A stretch of 64,000 nucleotides of DNA, taken from positions 69,316,001 through 69,380,000 of the forward strand of contig OX597824.1 of the NCBI GenBank assembly GCA_951406725.2. The letters run 5' to 3'. The notes beneath the pieces are model-generated. The model was not told the DNA's origin, did not search any database, and worked only from the letters and a program-made list of their open reading frames with translations. This document shows positions 61,568-64,000 of the stretch, piece by piece. The translations under genes were made by a program, and so were the position numbers. Positions within the stretch are counted from its first letter, which is position 1. The number at the start of each line of letters is the position of its first letter. Origin of the DNA: Octopus vulgaris. Taxonomy: Eukaryota.

Positions 61568-61980
61568 TAGGAGTGGCTGCGTAGTAAGTAGCTTGGTTAC
61601 GAACCATATGGTTCTGGGTTCAGTCCCACTGCGTGGCACCTTCGGAAACTGTCTTCTACTATAGCCTCGGGTCGACCAAAGCCTTGTGAGTGGATTTGGT
61701 AGACGGAAACTGAAAGACGCCCGTTGTAATATGTATATATGTATATACATATATGTATGTGTGTGTGTATATGTGTTTGTGGGTCTGTGCTTGACCCCCA
61801 ACATTACTTGACAACCGATGTTGGTGTGTTTACGTCCCCGTAGTTTAGCAGTTCGGCAAAAAGAGACCGGTAGAATAAGTACTAGGCTCACAAAGATTAA
61901 GTCCTGGGGTCGATTTGCTCGACTAAAAGCGGTGCTCCATCAGGGCCGCAGTCAAATGACTGAAACAAGTAAAAGAGTAC
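61568..61980 (+). mobile_element. SINE family A (full length)
   Basis: Colinear with 19575-19983. Confidence 0.9.
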
Positions 61981-61998
61981 ATAAATATGTATATATAT

Positions 61999-62082
<84 letters not shown>

Positions 62083-62597
62083 GTGTGTATGTGTGTATGA
62101 ATGCGCGTGTGTGTGTATAATCGTCACTCGCAAACCGAATTTCAGTGAATTGAAAGCACTATGCTTTCACTAATTCTTTCAGATGCCCTTATATTCTACA
62201 GCAGTGGTCGACCCACTCTCAACTATGACACTCTTCAACCAGCGTAGAATAGCCAGCAGTAGAGAAGATTGAGCCAGCAATAGGATCATATCTTATCTAG
62301 TGACCTCCACTCAGTAGGAAAAGGCAAATTGAAGACATGCGGTATTTCATCACACGAAGAAGAGAACAGAAATTTAAAAATAAAAAACCGCAAAACCTTC
62401 TGTGTGACATCCTTCTGACTCAGTCAATTGACCGCCTTCGTTTAAGTGGGTATATTTATGTGTGTGTGTGTGTGTGTGTGTGTTAGGCATTTATCTTTTA
62501 CTTGTTTCAGTCATTAGACTGCGGCCATGCTGGCAGGCGCGCGTGCGTGCAACACACGCACAGACATATATAAGATACATGTATGTATTTATGTATG

Positions 62598-62662
<65 letters not shown>

Positions 62663-62986
62663 GTGTATGTATGTATATGCATAGACATGCTTACTTGCAT
62701 ATATATTTGTGTGTATATTATGGTATATATAAATGTGGTATACACATCAACGCGCACAAACACACACACACACACATACACTCACATCCACACACATACA
62801 CACACGCACACACATAGAGAGAGACATATATTCCTATATACATACATACATACATTCATGAATACAGATCCTGACAATACTGGTGCCAATTATCAACGCC
62901 CCTCACCAAATCCACCGCAAAGACAACTACCACTACCACCACTACCCCTACCATCACCAACGCTAATACCACCACCACCACCACTA

Positions 62987-63040
<54 letters not shown>

Positions 63041-63655
63041 CATCATCCTAATTCACATTTCCGCCTTCCTATACCCTTTAATGACTCATTAATAAGAACA
63101 ATCTCCTTAATTTGTCATGTCACCATCGGATGCCATTGTACAGAGAGAGAGAGACTACCTTCTAAATATATCGAATTTCTTACAACTCCTCTATCATTTA
63201 TCATAATGTTCCTGACCTTGTCTGAGAATAGATCCGTAGACAGGCTGATATATCTTTATATATATATATATGTACACACTTCTCCCCTCCTTTTACTCTC
63301 TTTATGTATCTATCCATCAATCTATACGTTTGTTCGTAAGCGTGTCTGTGTGTGTTTGTATATATATATATGTGTGTGTGTATGTGTGTGTGTGTGTATT
63401 ACTTCATTAGTTACATACAGTGAAGAGCACGTGGGAGTACCACCACTGTAGTTTTCGTTTGACTGTTTATTTCTTTGCTTTAATTTTCATGCCGAAGTGG
63501 CAGTCTTCAGACGGAATTGCAACAAACGAGGATTTGAGAATCTCAAATTCCTTTTGAAAAACTTAAACCTTTTGGCATGAAACCGCAAGTAACGGAAAAC
63601 TAGTAAATATAATATATTACATTGCAGCAAATTTACCATATATATATATATATAT

Positions 63656-63961
63656 CCCCAGGAAACATTGTCTCCAGATGGCTATACGACACACTATTTG
63701 CGTCCATATATTTTTGAACGAGGGATTTTAGCGTCCCCACTCAGCCCAGAGCAATATCTGTGTACCAATGGTTTCAGGCTTATTTCCCTTCATCAGCACA
63801 AAATAACTACTCGGCTAGAGCAGTTGTGTGCTGATGAAGTGAAATAACCCAGAAATCATTGATAATGCTGATCTGGGTTGGGACAATAAACTACCTTGTT
63901 CGAAAATATAACGACACAGATAGTGTGTCATATAACCAGCCGGAGACGATGTTTCCTGGGG
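63656..63961. mobile_element. Older PLE-type inverted-repeat element at (TA)n with a hammerhead in each arm (63759-63800 on -, 63826-63868 on +)
   Basis: Minus: TGTG-CTGATGA-AGG-GAAATAAG-CCT-GAAA-CCATTGG-TA-CACA. Plus: GTG-CTGATGA-..-GAAA-TCATTGA-TA. ~145-bp diverged arms. Confidence 0.8.
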
Positions 63962-64000
63962 CTAAATAACAGTAACAATCGTTCTAAAGAGGACTGCCAC

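Overview
An AT-rich, extremely microsatellite-dense animal genomic window with no supportable host protein-coding gene; almost all listed ORFs are microsatellite read-through. Repeat style and SINE types suggest an octopus or other coleoid cephalopod, which is my inference and not a database result. Recognisable content: four kinds of Tc1/mariner relic plus a MITE, five fragments of restriction-like-endonuclease (R4/Dong-type) non-LTR retrotransposons (four of the five in (ATT)n), two RTE-type LINE fragments, and about 25 copies of three tRNA-derived SINE families. There is also one young Penelope-like element (PLE; RT plus GIY-YIG, 24147-26646) with a 916-bp near-perfect inverted repeat. The most interesting hidden structure is about 8 unrelated families of short non-coding elements, most at (TA)n tracts. 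Many share the PLE layout (inverted copy, forward copy, short 3' tail), and each carries a minimal type-I hammerhead ribozyme (HHR) fold that I could trace by eye. These include canonical cores (49535, 52381, 63759), a G3:C8 compensatory core in three copies, U4C and A6U variants, a tandem 187-nt retrozyme-like unit, and a tRNA-headed (Pol III) HHR element. All folds were read manually; none has been computed or tested.
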